In this document: one piece after another, positions 30,537-39,099 of the stretch
Layout: each line of letters starts with the position of its first letter
Position numbering within the stretch: position 1 is the stretch's first letter
Assembly (NCBI GenBank): GCA_964583075.1
Contig: CAZOUW010000004.1
Location: forward strand, 1-60,420
Source: an uncultured Candidatus Saccharibacteria bacterium
Lineage (GTDB): Bacteria > Patescibacteriota > Saccharimonadia > Saccharimonadales > JAGQNJ01
Reading direction: 5' to 3'
DNA length: 60,420 nt
Notes under the pieces: generated by a model
What the model saw: the letters and a program-made list of their open reading frames with translations, nothing else
Databases searched by the model: none
What the model was told of the DNA's origin: nothing
Made by a program: the position numbers and the translations under genes

Positions 30537-30619
30537 AACAATCTAAATGCTAAAAAGCGACCATAGGATTTTAACAAAAATTACACCTGTTTGCAATCTG
30601 TTACAATATACAAGTTAAT

Positions 30620-30695
30620 GCCGATGTAGCTCAGTTGGTAGAGCAACACATTCGTAACGTGTAGGTCAGCGGTTCGACCCCGCTCATCGGCTCCA
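30620..30695 (+). tRNA. tRNA-Thr (anticodon CGT), CCA encoded
   Basis: The sequence is GCCGATGTAGCTCAGTTGGTAGAGCA...TTCGTAA...GGTTCGACCCCGCTCATCGGCTCCA. Confidence 0.88.
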
Positions 30696-30770
30696 GCGGG
30701 TGTCGTATAACGGCTATTATGTATCCTTCCCAAGGATGAGACGAGGGTTCGACTCCCTCCACCCGCACCA
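30696..30770 (+). tRNA. tRNA-Gly (anticodon CCC), CCA encoded, directly abutting tRNA-Thr
   Basis: The sequence is GCGGGTG...TATCC-TTCCCAA-GGATG...GGTTCGACTCCCTCCACCCGCACCA. Confidence 0.88.
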
Positions 30771-30807
30771 CTAGACAAATATCAATTTTTATGTTATTAT
30801 CTATTCA

Positions 30808-31572
30808 ATGAGAAGTGCTGGTCGCGTACTAGAATTAAGCCTGGCTGCAAACGGCCCATGGGCAAATCCTGAGATAAGTGCCAAAAGGACAAGCTCTCTA
30901 CAAAGATTAAGTTCACCGACGGAACGAACCATCGCCCTCGGTTTAGATTATTTAGCGCGTCAGCATACTTCCCTTGCAAAAGTAGCGCTGCAAGGAATTA
31001 GCCGCGCAAGTGCTGGTATGACATACCTAGGAAATGGTGCAATGGCGTCAGTTTACCGAAGCGGAGACGAAGTAACAAAAGTGTATAGACAAACTGCGCT
31101 AATGACTCCCGAAGGACGTGGTGAATATAGAGACAGACAGGATACCTTGAGCAAAACTCTCAGTCTGTGTCTTGGTAGTCTGGTTACAGATCAGACTTTT
31201 GAGATTGGAACGCATCCACTCGGTGACTACGAGGTAGTTTTAGGCAAACAACCCTTTGTTCGTGGACGCAATCTTAACCTATTTGTTACCAACACCACCG
31301 ACTTACACGAAGACGCCATTGCTTCATACTGCCAACGCAGACACTCTGGCCAAGCACAGCTAGAAAAACTTATTGACGCTACTTTTGATGCGAGCGATTC
31401 ATCGGGAATCGTACCCGATTTAAATGGCACGGATAATTTTAGGTTGCAAGGTGATGCGGAAGTTCTATCGTTAATTGATGCCCAACCTATTAGTCAACAC
31501 GAACATCCAGGAGTTCACGACCTTATACTGAGCCAAGCTGAGAGCCTGGCAAGATTTCTAGACGCTGCCTAA
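30808..31572 (+). CDS. Orphan protein, possibly with a protein-kinase-like fold
   Basis: The 254-aa ORF has LGNGAMASVYRSGDEVTKVYR, which resembles a Gly-loop plus VxK, followed by VPDLNGTDNF and LIDAQP. A promoter (TAGACA, 17 nt, TGtTATTAT at 30772-30800) places the transcription start at about the ATG, so the mRNA may be leaderless. Confidence 0.4.
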   Translation: MRSAGRVLELSLAANGPWANPEISAKRTSSLQRLSSPTERTIALGLDYLARQHTSLAKVALQGISRASAGMTYLGNGAMASVYRSGDEVTKVYRQTALMTPEGRGEYRDRQDTLSKTLSLCLGSLVTDQTFEIGTHPLGDYEVVLGKQPFVRGRNLNLFVTNTTDLHEDAIASYCQRRHSGQAQLEKLIDATFDASDSSGIVPDLNGTDNFRLQGDAEVLSLIDAQPISQHEHPGVHDLILSQAESLARFLDAA

Positions 31573-31641
31573 GATCAGCCGACTGGGCAGGTAATCATTG
31601 TCCGGGCGTATAGCATTTTGTACATAACAGAGGTAGACTAC

Positions 31642-31670
31642 TTGACTTTTCATAATACTTATGTTAATAT
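31642..31670 (+). promoter_or_regulatory. Consensus-like promoter for the second GC-rich mini-gene
   Basis: TTGACT (31642-31647), 17 nt, then TGtTAATAT (-10 at 31665-31670). Confidence 0.55.
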
Positions 31671-31756
31671 CTATTCAGCCTCCTGAGACGAATGTCCTTG
31701 AAGCACATTGAAAGCAAGTGCAAGTCCATCCCCATCCAGCCGGAGGAATAATCACA

Positions 31757-31996
31757 ATGGCCAAAGATAGCAAGCCCGACCGCAAGAAGGCCCAAGGCCT
31801 GCTCGCTGTAGCAGAAGCGGAAGCAATCGTTGGCATCCCCAATGATGACACCCTTCACGACATCGCTGATGCTCTGGGTGACGACCTCAGCCGCAATGCG
31901 AACCCGATCGTGCCCTGGTCTGATCCCATGATCCCCTTCGAGTGCGGCTGTGGCGCGATCATCTACGCCGATTCGGTCCACGACTGCGACGGCTGA
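31757..31996 (+). CDS. GC-rich orphan 79-aa acidic protein with a C-terminal Cys/His cluster
   Basis: GGAGGA (31742-31747) lies 9 nt before the ATG. The translation is MAKDSKPDRKKAQGLLAVAEAEAIVGIPNDD...FECGCGAIIYADSVHDCDG. Codon usage is GC3-rich. Confidence 0.5.
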   Translation: MAKDSKPDRKKAQGLLAVAEAEAIVGIPNDDTLHDIADALGDDLSRNANPIVPWSDPMIPFECGCGAIIYADSVHDCDG

Positions 31997-32215
31997 AGGT
32001 ACGGATCCGTGTTTGAGGAAGGTAGTCCTGGTGACGCACAAGCCGATTCATTTCGGAATTGTTCGCCACCAGGCTACCAACCTCTCACAGCCGACTTTGC
32101 ACTTGCTTTCTTAACACTATGAAGAGCCCAGAAGTCCCTCAACTTAAGGCTACAAGAAAAGATGCAGGCGCACTCAGATATTGACAATTTATTATGTTTA
32201 TGTTAACATGTAATT

Positions 32216-32758
32216 ATGCCTGAACAACATCAAAACCACCCTAATCAGAACAAACCAGATCGCCCCGCCCCGTCACCAGAACAACTCAGCGCCTTTCGGA
32301 CAGCTTATACAATGCTAACCCAGAAAGCCAATGAAGGCGAACGAGTTATGGCATCCGTCAGTGGTGATATTGAAGATATCATAACGAGACGAATGCATAG
32401 CGCTGATGGCCACAATCCTGACGAATTCATAGATAATGCCGTGGGCGCTCCGGCACTACTTACCATTGAGGCCGATTCGACCGACGCACGGTCGTGGGCA
32501 TGGGTATACTCATACGACGAAGCCTATGTACATGATACCAGTAAGCTCGGCAGCTTTAGCGTTGCTACCTCTGAACACGGTACAGAACAAGATCTATACG
32601 AGTTTTATACCGATGGAAATATAGAGAAACTGGCGTTTAGCTTAGGGAGTGATGGAGTAGAAGACACCATCACCCACGTAGGCTGGCTAACACCGGAAGA
32701 AACTAGTGCCTTGGGCTTGTTGCTGGAGGAAGTGTCAGTCATACAACCAAATGAATGA
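32216..32758 (+). CDS. Orphan 180-aa acidic protein
   Basis: The promoter is TTGACA (32181-32186), 17 nt, TAACAT (32204-32209). The ATG lies 7 nt after the -10, so the mRNA may be leaderless. A terminator hairpin at 32747-32774 overlaps the stop codon. Confidence 0.45.
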   Translation: MPEQHQNHPNQNKPDRPAPSPEQLSAFRTAYTMLTQKANEGERVMASVSGDIEDIITRRMHSADGHNPDEFIDNAVGAPALLTIEADSTDARSWAWVYSYDEAYVHDTSKLGSFSVATSEHGTEQDLYEFYTDGNIEKLAFSLGSDGVEDTITHVGWLTPEETSALGLLLEEVSVIQPNE

Positions 32759-32818
32759 CCATTTGGGTTTTTATAACAATTTTTCAATGCCTATAACGAA
32801 GCACAATATTAGTGGTTT

Positions 32819-32995
32819 CTATATTTTTGGTTGAGAGCTTAGATGCCAGCCAGCACAGACCGGACATTTATAGACACGCCGTGGCTTCCCTAACCTCTTG
32901 TTGCTATTTATTTTTTTAATAGCATTCTGGGCTGCAGCGTCATTATTGTAGCGTACTTTCTTTTTGCAATTTGCCTTTTCTTTTTCACTTGCCAT
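32819..32995 (-). CDS. 58-aa basic protein with a C-terminal CxxC...WH zinc-ribbon-like motif (below the ORF-track cutoff)
   Basis: My manual translation is MASEKEKANCKKKVRYNNDAAAQNAIKKINSNKRLGKPRRVYKCPVCAGWHLSSQPKI, followed by TAG. Confidence 0.4.
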   Translation of the reverse strand: MASEKEKANCKKKVRYNNDAAAQNAIKKINSNKRLGKPRRVYKCPVCAGWHLSSQPKI

Positions 32996-33026
32996 ATCTT
33001 TAGTGTACGGCTTATCGAAGCAAATT

Positions 33027-33055
33027 AAAAACCTCCCCTTTCAGGGAGGTTTTTA
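33027..33055 (-). terminator. Intrinsic terminator of the RRM-protein gene
   Basis: ACCTCCC-CTTTCA-GGGAGGT with flanking A/T runs. Confidence 0.75.
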
Positions 33056-33070
33056 TATATTCCGCTAAAT

Positions 33071-33373
33071 TTAACCTTGGCGGAATGAAGAACCGCGGTC
33101 GTAACCGCCTGTTCGTGGCTTGTCTTCACGAGGACGAGCCTCGTTAACAACAATTTTGCGTCCGCCTAGGTCGCTGCCATCAAGTGCCTTGATTGCTGCC
33201 TGGGCGTCATCTGCTGATTCAAACTCGACAAAACCGAAGCCTTTTGAGCGGCCGGTTTCGCGGTCTGTAATAACGTTAGCAGACGTTACTGTACCATGAG
33301 TTGCAAACAAATCTTGCAGCTCTTGATCTGTAGTTGCGTAGGGTAGGCCCCCTACGTATAACTTACTTGCCAT
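33071..33373 (-). CDS. RRM-type RNA-binding protein
   Basis: It has RNP-2 (KLYVGGL), RNP-1 (KGFGFVEF) and a Gly/Arg tail. Confidence 0.9.
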   Translation of the reverse strand: MASKLYVGGLPYATTDQELQDLFATHGTVTSANVITDRETGRSKGFGFVEFESADDAQAAIKALDGSDLGGRKIVVNEARPREDKPRTGGYDRGSSFRQG

Positions 33374-33484
33374 TTAAATAGTTCCTTCTTTTAGTTTCCG
33401 GTCGACCTCTCTTAACGCACACACTTCAAACAATGGCTCGTAAGAATCCCGTGACATAACCATACACTACTTCTGTTAATAATG

Positions 33485-34579
33485 CTAGTTATTTGGTGCG
33501 GGAGCCGCATCAAAGTTAGGCTCAGCTAGCTTTATATAGGTCCTAGTGGGAGTCTTTTCCTTGCTATCATTCAAGAAATCGTTGATGTCCTTAAAGTTAA
33601 ATACTATATGTGCAGCTTTTGCCTTTGTACCATCTTGTAACTCGAGTAACTTATATATTTCTAGAGCACTTCCTGTGTTAACAATCTCTGATGTTTGGCC
33701 AGGCTGAAGCTTAAAGATAGCGTCTAGCGTTTGCGGCGAAATATCACGATTAGATTTATCAATCACAAATGCATACGCCCCACCGTTATCACGCGTTGTA
33801 ACATCGTCAGAGTAGCGCTTAGCAACATCCGCAAAGTCAGCACCACCCTTTATTTCCGCAAGTGCGGCATCAGCCCGCCCTTTTGTGTCAGTATCTATAG
33901 CCGCCAAAACCTTTTGCTGAAGAAGATTATCGTGGGCATAGCGCTTAAAATCTGCCCTTGACCAGCCAAAATATTCACGTAAGACATCTTCAAGCACGTC
34001 ATCGCTACTCCCCAGCCGTTCTTGATTGCGTAGTAGTGTAATCTGATCTTCTACTTCTGAATCTTTAACTGCTATGCTCTTTTCTTTGGCAATCTTTTTA
34101 ATATAAGCATCGTTGACTACTTTTTCCAGAGCACGACGCTTGTATTCTACAAGCTGTTGCTGACCAAACTCAGTGTTAAAATCTAGTTTCTGCTGATTTT
34201 CATAGTAATGTTGGTAACGCCGTACTTCGAATAGATAGTTTTCATAGGCTATAAATCTACCACCTTGACGCGCGATTGGAAACGGTATAACCTGCGTTGC
34301 TTTATATAGAAATGTAGACGTCGACTGAAAACGATACAGTGCCAACGTACAATACGTAAAGAAGCCCACCATTGTAGCCAGCACAATACTAACCGTCAAG
34401 ATTACTATCTTATGCTTGGAATGCTGTAGTGGATATATATACTTACGCGCGCTTGAGAGCACCTCTTCACGGTGTTCAGCCACTGTTTCATTGGTAATAC
34501 GCGGCATTGCCGAAGATGGTATTGCCTCTTCCTTTTTCTTGAGTCTTGGTCGCTTAAATTTCTTCGAGAACTTCTTCAT
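33485..34579 (-). CDS. Membrane-anchored parvulin-type peptidyl-prolyl isomerase (PrsA/SurA-like)
   Basis: It has an N-terminal TM helix, a SurA-N-like helical region and a PpiC-like segment (FADVAKRYSDD...GGAYAF). Confidence 0.65.
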   Translation of the reverse strand: MKKFSKKFKRPRLKKKEEAIPSSAMPRITNETVAEHREEVLSSARKYIYPLQHSKHKIVILTVSIVLATMVGFFTYCTLALYRFQSTSTFLYKATQVIPFPIARQGGRFIAYENYLFEVRRYQHYYENQQKLDFNTEFGQQQLVEYKRRALEKVVNDAYIKKIAKEKSIAVKDSEVEDQITLLRNQERLGSSDDVLEDVLREYFGWSRADFKRYAHDNLLQQKVLAAIDTDTKGRADAALAEIKGGADFADVAKRYSDDVTTRDNGGAYAFVIDKSNRDISPQTLDAIFKLQPGQTSEIVNTGSALEIYKLLELQDGTKAKAAHIVFNFKDINDFLNDSKEKTPTRTYIKLAEPNFDAAPAPNN

Positions 34580-35129
34580 TATCGCCCTTCTGTTGCTCCA
34601 TTTCTTCGGGATCCATCTCTTCTGCTTCTATTCCTTCTGACCGCAAAATCTCTGATATCTTGCGAATTACTTCAGCCGGATGATGAACCTCGTGAACAAC
34701 TAAATCCCCCATATATGTTTGTATCATTATTGTACCAAATCCAAGCAGAGTTGCCTGTATACCTTTTATTTCGTAATTTGTTGACTGGATCTTACTGAGC
34801 CCAATATCTACGACTGATTTATTAAAAAACCCTTTTTGTGTAATCTGAATCAAGCGCTGATTGGTCACAATAAACACGCTGTACCAGTAGATAATCCATG
34901 ATGGAACAAACAAAATTATCGCCAAAACAAAACCAAACGCCAAGCCACCATAAAAATATGATAACTCTGGCTTAACAAGCGCTGGCAACGTACCAGCCAA
35001 GAGCGCCAGCATAGAAATAATCAGGCCTTTCCTCATCACAATTGGGTGTTTCCGGAATAGAAATAAGACTTCCTCATCTTCAAACTGGTCTTTGAAGTCT
35101 CTTTTCGGAGCTTTTTCTTTTTTAGCCAT
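34554..35129 (-). CDS. Bacterial PH-domain (bPH_2/YdbS-YdbT-like) membrane protein
   Basis: Two TM helices are followed by IVTNQRLIQITQKGFFNKSVVDIGLSKI. Confidence 0.6.
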   Translation of the reverse strand: MAKKEKAPKRDFKDQFEDEEVLFLFRKHPIVMRKGLIISMLALLAGTLPALVKPELSYFYGGLAFGFVLAIILFVPSWIIYWYSVFIVTNQRLIQITQKGFFNKSVVDIGLSKIQSTNYEIKGIQATLLGFGTIMIQTYMGDLVVHEVHHPAEVIRKISEILRSEGIEAEEMDPEEMEQQKGDNEEVLEEI

Positions 35130-35174
35130 AAACCTATTCTACCTCATTTGACCCAAGTTGAGGACGCCAGGAAT

Positions 35175-37229
35175 CTACTTGTATAGCACACCGTAGTGCG
35201 TAGTATCGCCACTCGGCATATACTGCTTGATATTATCGATTGTTGCAGTCGGAAACTTGCCACTCAATGCACTCGGTATCGATGTGGCTTGATTATGTGC
35301 CGCCGACAACGCTGATGTTGGTGTCCCGTTGTTATTTACCCAAGACGTGCCTGATTTACTACCTGCCTCAAGGTTACTTATACTTACTGGTGAACCGGCC
35401 AAGAAACTTGACCACGCTGACGCGCTGGTATAATTACCGTTCTTCTGAGTGGCAACTATAATATTACTGCCATAATTGACGTATACATTATCATCTAAGA
35501 ATGTTTGCGGTAACAACGAAGTTGCTCCGTGAATTTCTGTATTTATTGCTGATACGGCCGTACCACTGGCCTGTGTAAAGCATAGAGGTGCAGGGGTACA
35601 ACCATATGCCCTGGTTGCTGTACCAGTTTTAACAACTACGTTGTTTACCATTAGGTCCACCTTAACTACCCAGTCGAGGGTCGCCGGTATTGGAGACCGT
35701 ACATCCCAGTCACTCGGTCCGTATATTAACGTACAGCCACCATTGGGGGTTGAGCAGCCAGGAGTACCCCGTTTATCAACATAGAAGGCTAGCGGATCAC
35801 TGTCACCAACCAGAGTATTATTAACTAACTTTACTCCAGATGAGCCAGCAATCTCTACTGCGTTTACGCCGCTTGTAGAGTCAATAAAGTTATTTACCAT
35901 AAGTAAATCATCGGATATTTCAAAAAATATACTTGCACCAGTTGCACCCGTAATGGTGTTGTTGGCAACATCAACGTCAAAGTTACTTTGGTCAAACCAT
36001 AGAGCAACGCTATTTATATTTGAGAACTCGCTATTGAGTACTTTAGTGTACCGAGTACGGCTTGTCTTAAGTGCGCCGGATTGAGGGCTAGATTTATACT
36101 CGCCGTCAAGATTAAGGTTAGTAATCTTAACTGAATCCATAGTGAAGTTATCAGTCTGGTTAGTATTCACGCCCATCCAACCAGAGCCACTAATGGTCAC
36201 GTTTTTAAGTGTGACGCCAGTATTTAGGTTCGAGCCGCCATTACCTGTCGCCTTTAGGGCCATCTCTGCTGAATCAAGGATTTCTACGTTACTAATTGTT
36301 GAGTTGTCGGAAGTTGCTTCCATCCGAATAACACCGAAACGAGCGGATGGGTCTGAGTAACGCTGAATACTTAAGCCCTCAATTCTGACATTAGCTGCAG
36401 AAATCTGAAAGAGCTGATCATAGTTTGAAACCTCAACATTACCCTTATTAACGTCGTTGGCTGTCATGTAGAGTTTATTACCGGAAGCATCAACCCAAAA
36501 CTTTCCGTCAACCACTTCAGCTTGTGAGCTAACCTGTTTAAGTCGCTTACTGCCTACCCACGCTTGATCAGCATTTTTACCAATTGGGTCAGCCGTAGCG
36601 TAATCTCCACTGGTATCAGGTGTCATTTCTGTGTAGTCGGTATATTTCAGCGACCCAGATGTTGTCCAGCTAGTAGCCACACGAGACCCAATAAAGACAG
36701 GTGTTTCACCAGAAGCGGCATAAATATTAAGCTTCTTGGTTACCTTTGCAAGGTTACCGCCACCACTTAAGCCACCCTGTCTGTACGTTCCACCCTTGAC
36801 TACAATTGAGTCACCGGCTGCAGATGCACTGATTGCCTTAGCCAAAGTCGCGAACGGAGCACTGGCAGTACCGGCAGCTGAATCAGAACCAGTATCATCA
36901 ACATAGCGAATAGTACCCGTTAAGTCACTAATATTATACTGGATCGGCAAATGCGCACCAGGCGAACCAGAACCACCTGTAGCTGCTGTACAAAACTGAA
37001 TAGCATTGCCACCAGATGCATTGCTATCACTGATATTTTGGACGCAATCACCGCCCGATTGCGGTTTGACCCCTATTGAAAAAGTCGCTGCATTCGACAC
37101 AAATAACAGGCTTACTCCAATAAGTGCAACAACAGCTACACTGTATACTCGAATGTTCTTTGTATTTGACAGTTTTACCGCAACAACACCTGCATATTTA
37201 CCGATAGCAGACTTTATCGATTGCCCCAT
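35175..37229 (-). CDS. Secreted right-handed parallel beta-helix (pectate-lyase-fold) protein
   Basis: The 684-aa ORF has an N-terminal signal anchor and repeated N/G/S-rich beta-helix turns (NVTISGSGWMGVN, NNTITGATGASIF and similar). Confidence 0.65.
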   Translation of the reverse strand: MGQSIKSAIGKYAGVVAVKLSNTKNIRVYSVAVVALIGVSLLFVSNAATFSIGVKPQSGGDCVQNISDSNASGGNAIQFCTAATGGSGSPGAHLPIQYNISDLTGTIRYVDDTGSDSAAGTASAPFATLAKAISASAAGDSIVVKGGTYRQGGLSGGGNLAKVTKKLNIYAASGETPVFIGSRVATSWTTSGSLKYTDYTEMTPDTSGDYATADPIGKNADQAWVGSKRLKQVSSQAEVVDGKFWVDASGNKLYMTANDVNKGNVEVSNYDQLFQISAANVRIEGLSIQRYSDPSARFGVIRMEATSDNSTISNVEILDSAEMALKATGNGGSNLNTGVTLKNVTISGSGWMGVNTNQTDNFTMDSVKITNLNLDGEYKSSPQSGALKTSRTRYTKVLNSEFSNINSVALWFDQSNFDVDVANNTITGATGASIFFEISDDLLMVNNFIDSTSGVNAVEIAGSSGVKLVNNTLVGDSDPLAFYVDKRGTPGCSTPNGGCTLIYGPSDWDVRSPIPATLDWVVKVDLMVNNVVVKTGTATRAYGCTPAPLCFTQASGTAVSAINTEIHGATSLLPQTFLDDNVYVNYGSNIIVATQKNGNYTSASAWSSFLAGSPVSISNLEAGSKSGTSWVNNNGTPTSALSAAHNQATSIPSALSGKFPTATIDNIKQYMPSGDTTHYGVLYK

Positions 37230-37302
37230 TTATACTCCCAAACGTTCGCATTACTTTATAGGGTCATTATACATTAGCGTTTCAGTATCGTTAATAGATT
37301 TT

Positions 37303-37324
37303 TGGTACCCTGGGAGGGAGTCGA
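37303..37324 (-). repeat. Exact 22-nt direct repeat of the tRNA-Arg 3' end
   Basis: TGGTACCCTGGGAGGGAGTCGA occurs at 37303-37324 and at 37490-37511. It covers the T-loop, the acceptor 3' strand and CCA. Confidence 0.95.
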
Positions 37325-37451
37325 GTCACCACTGGCGACCCCAGAACTTCGCGGCTGCAAACATAGTTTGCACCGGAAGATTCTCTTGCGAACTGCCACT
37401 GGCAGTTCTCACCCCGACCTTAAAGGTTGCGTGTTCGCACCACACGTAACC
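37325..37451 (-). other. Highly structured segment of about 125 nt between the tRNA-Arg terminator and the duplicated 3' end
   Basis: There are four consecutive hairpins on the minus strand. Two have the same GCCAGTGG apex (GAACTGCC-AGT-GGCAGTTC and GTCGCC-AGT-GGTGAC). There is no credible ORF. Confidence 0.5.
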
Positions 37452-37480
37452 CCAAACCAAAAGCCGGTCCCAAGGACCGG
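37452..37480 (-). terminator. Intrinsic terminator immediately after tRNA-Arg
   Basis: The minus strand reads CCGGTCC-TTG-GGACCGG followed by CTTTTGGTTT. Confidence 0.7.
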
Positions 37481-37489
37481 ATCTTGATT

Positions 37490-37565
37490 TGGTACCCTGG
37501 GAGGGAGTCGAACCCCCAACCTTTTCCTTAGGACGGAATTGCTCTATCCATTGAGCTACCAGGGC
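37490..37565 (-). tRNA. tRNA-Arg (anticodon CCT), CCA encoded
   Basis: The reverse complement is GCCCTGGTAGCTCAATGGATAGAGCAATTCCGTCCTAAGGAAAAGGTTGGGGGTTCGACTCCCTCCCAGGGTACCA. Confidence 0.85.
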
Positions 37566-37589
37566 TTGGGCTACATAAGAATAGCCAAG

Positions 37590-38096
37590 TTAACGCTTTT
37601 TGGCTTGGGTATATGCTTCGTGAACGGTCGAATATTCAAACAGCTCATTTTCACTAAACCAATGAGCAATCTCTTCTTTTGCCTCTTTTGGATCACCGGA
37701 AGCATGTATAACATTTGGCACGCCAATACCACGCTCATTTGCATGTCCAAAACCCATATGCGCATAATCACCGCGGATGGTACCTGGTAAAGCTTTTTGT
37801 GGTTCGGTCTCACCAACCATCTTACGAACCAATGATACGGCGCTTAGGCCTTCAAGGACCATCGCTATCACTGGCCCTTCTTGCATCATAGCAAGAGTAA
37901 CCTCAAACGCTTCCTTGCCGCGTCTTGAAACCATTTTACTAATGCTTTCATAGTGATGGTAAAACTGGTCATAATCTGGCTTGAGCATTTTTGTGCCAAC
38001 AATCTTAAGACCGGCCTTTTCAAAACGCGTCACAATCTCACCCACTATTCCGCGCTTCACAGCATCAGGCTTCAAAATAATTAACGTTCGTTCCAT
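37590..38096 (-). CDS. ndk: Nucleoside diphosphate kinase
   Basis: The start is taken at MERTLIILKPDAVKRGIVGEI. The catalytic His lies in NVIHASG. The longer ORF-track start is probably spurious. Confidence 0.85.
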   Translation of the reverse strand: MERTLIILKPDAVKRGIVGEIVTRFEKAGLKIVGTKMLKPDYDQFYHHYESISKMVSRRGKEAFEVTLAMMQEGPVIAMVLEGLSAVSLVRKMVGETEPQKALPGTIRGDYAHMGFGHANERGIGVPNVIHASGDPKEAKEEIAHWFSENELFEYSTVHEAYTQAKKR

Positions 38097-38172
38097 TAAC
38101 TTCCTTTCGTGTTTTATTTTGAATATTGTAACAAATATAGCCCCTGATAACCATCGCATTGTGTCGTACAAT

Positions 38173-39093
38173 ATGTTTATGAAGTTTGCACGCGCTAAGG
38201 TCGAGTTTTTGGAATACTTAGAGATTGAGCAAGGCCGTTCTCAAAAAACCATCAACAACTATGACCATTACCTCACCAGACTGGAAGATTACGGGGGCGA
38301 TATAGCCGTTGTTGATATTGACCAAGAGTTTGTACGTAAGTGGCGTTTATGGCTCAACCGCCTGGGCACCAATGTTAGCGACGAGCTGCAAAAAAACACT
38401 CTTAACTATCACCTCATTGCCCTGCGTAGCTTTTTGAAATGGTGTGCCAAGCGTGATATCACGGCCTTGCCAGCTGATAAAATTGAGCTAGCAAAAACTA
38501 GCCGTAAACAAGTCACATTCCTCTCAAACGAGGAATTGAATAATTTATTTGCTCAACCGAATACTAGTATATTACAGGGGTTGCGAGACCGAGCCATTCT
38601 TGAATTACTTTTTAGTAGCGGGTTGCGTGTCTCAGAGCTTACCGGCCTAAACAAAGAACACATAAATCTTAAAAAACGAGAATTCACCGTTCGCGGCAAG
38701 GGCCAGAAGGACCGACCAATCTTTATTAGTGAGCCGTCCGCCGAGTGGCTCCAAAAATACATCGATGAACGTAATGATACAGTACCTGCCCTATTTATTC
38801 GGCATAGTAAGAAAAAACAAGCAGAAGATAGATCTGGTAATTTTCAGCGCTTAACACCAAGGAGTGTCCAGCGCATGGTAGCCCGCTATGCCCTGCTTGC
38901 TGGCATCACTAAACATGTATCTCCACACACACTCAGACATAGTTTTGCTACAGACCTGCTTATGAATGGTGCCGATCTAAGGAGTGTACAGGTACTGCTT
39001 GGACACAGCAACATTGCAACAACACAAATTTATACTCACGTCACCGACCCTCACCTTAAAAAGGTTCATGAGCAATTTCATAGCAACAAGTGA
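38173..39093 (+). CDS. Tyrosine recombinase, XerC/XerD-like
   Basis: The start is taken at MFMKFARAK. It has an N-terminal SAM-like domain and the catalytic residues in GLRVSEL, HTLRHSFAT and LLGHSNIATTQIYTH. Confidence 0.85.
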   Translation: MFMKFARAKVEFLEYLEIEQGRSQKTINNYDHYLTRLEDYGGDIAVVDIDQEFVRKWRLWLNRLGTNVSDELQKNTLNYHLIALRSFLKWCAKRDITALPADKIELAKTSRKQVTFLSNEELNNLFAQPNTSILQGLRDRAILELLFSSGLRVSELTGLNKEHINLKKREFTVRGKGQKDRPIFISEPSAEWLQKYIDERNDTVPALFIRHSKKKQAEDRSGNFQRLTPRSVQRMVARYALLAGITKHVSPHTLRHSFATDLLMNGADLRSVQVLLGHSNIATTQIYTHVTDPHLKKVHEQFHSNK

Positions 39094-39099
39094 TCTAGT

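Noticed and set aside
30581-30778. A 65-aa ORF overlaps the tRNA-Thr/tRNA-Gly region. ORFs at 37302-37487 and 37006-37449 similarly overlap the tRNA-Arg region, and one at 15078-15278 lies inside rnpB.
   Set aside because: These coordinates are fully explained by RNA genes or structured RNA. The ORFs are artefacts of stop-poor structured sequence.
38173-39093. I considered that the Xer-like tyrosine recombinase might be the integrase responsible for the duplicated tRNA-Arg 3' end.
   Set aside because: It lies on the 5' side of the tRNA, with ndk in between, and so outside the repeat-bounded interval. It also looks like a housekeeping XerC/D-type enzyme. No link can be shown from sequence alone.
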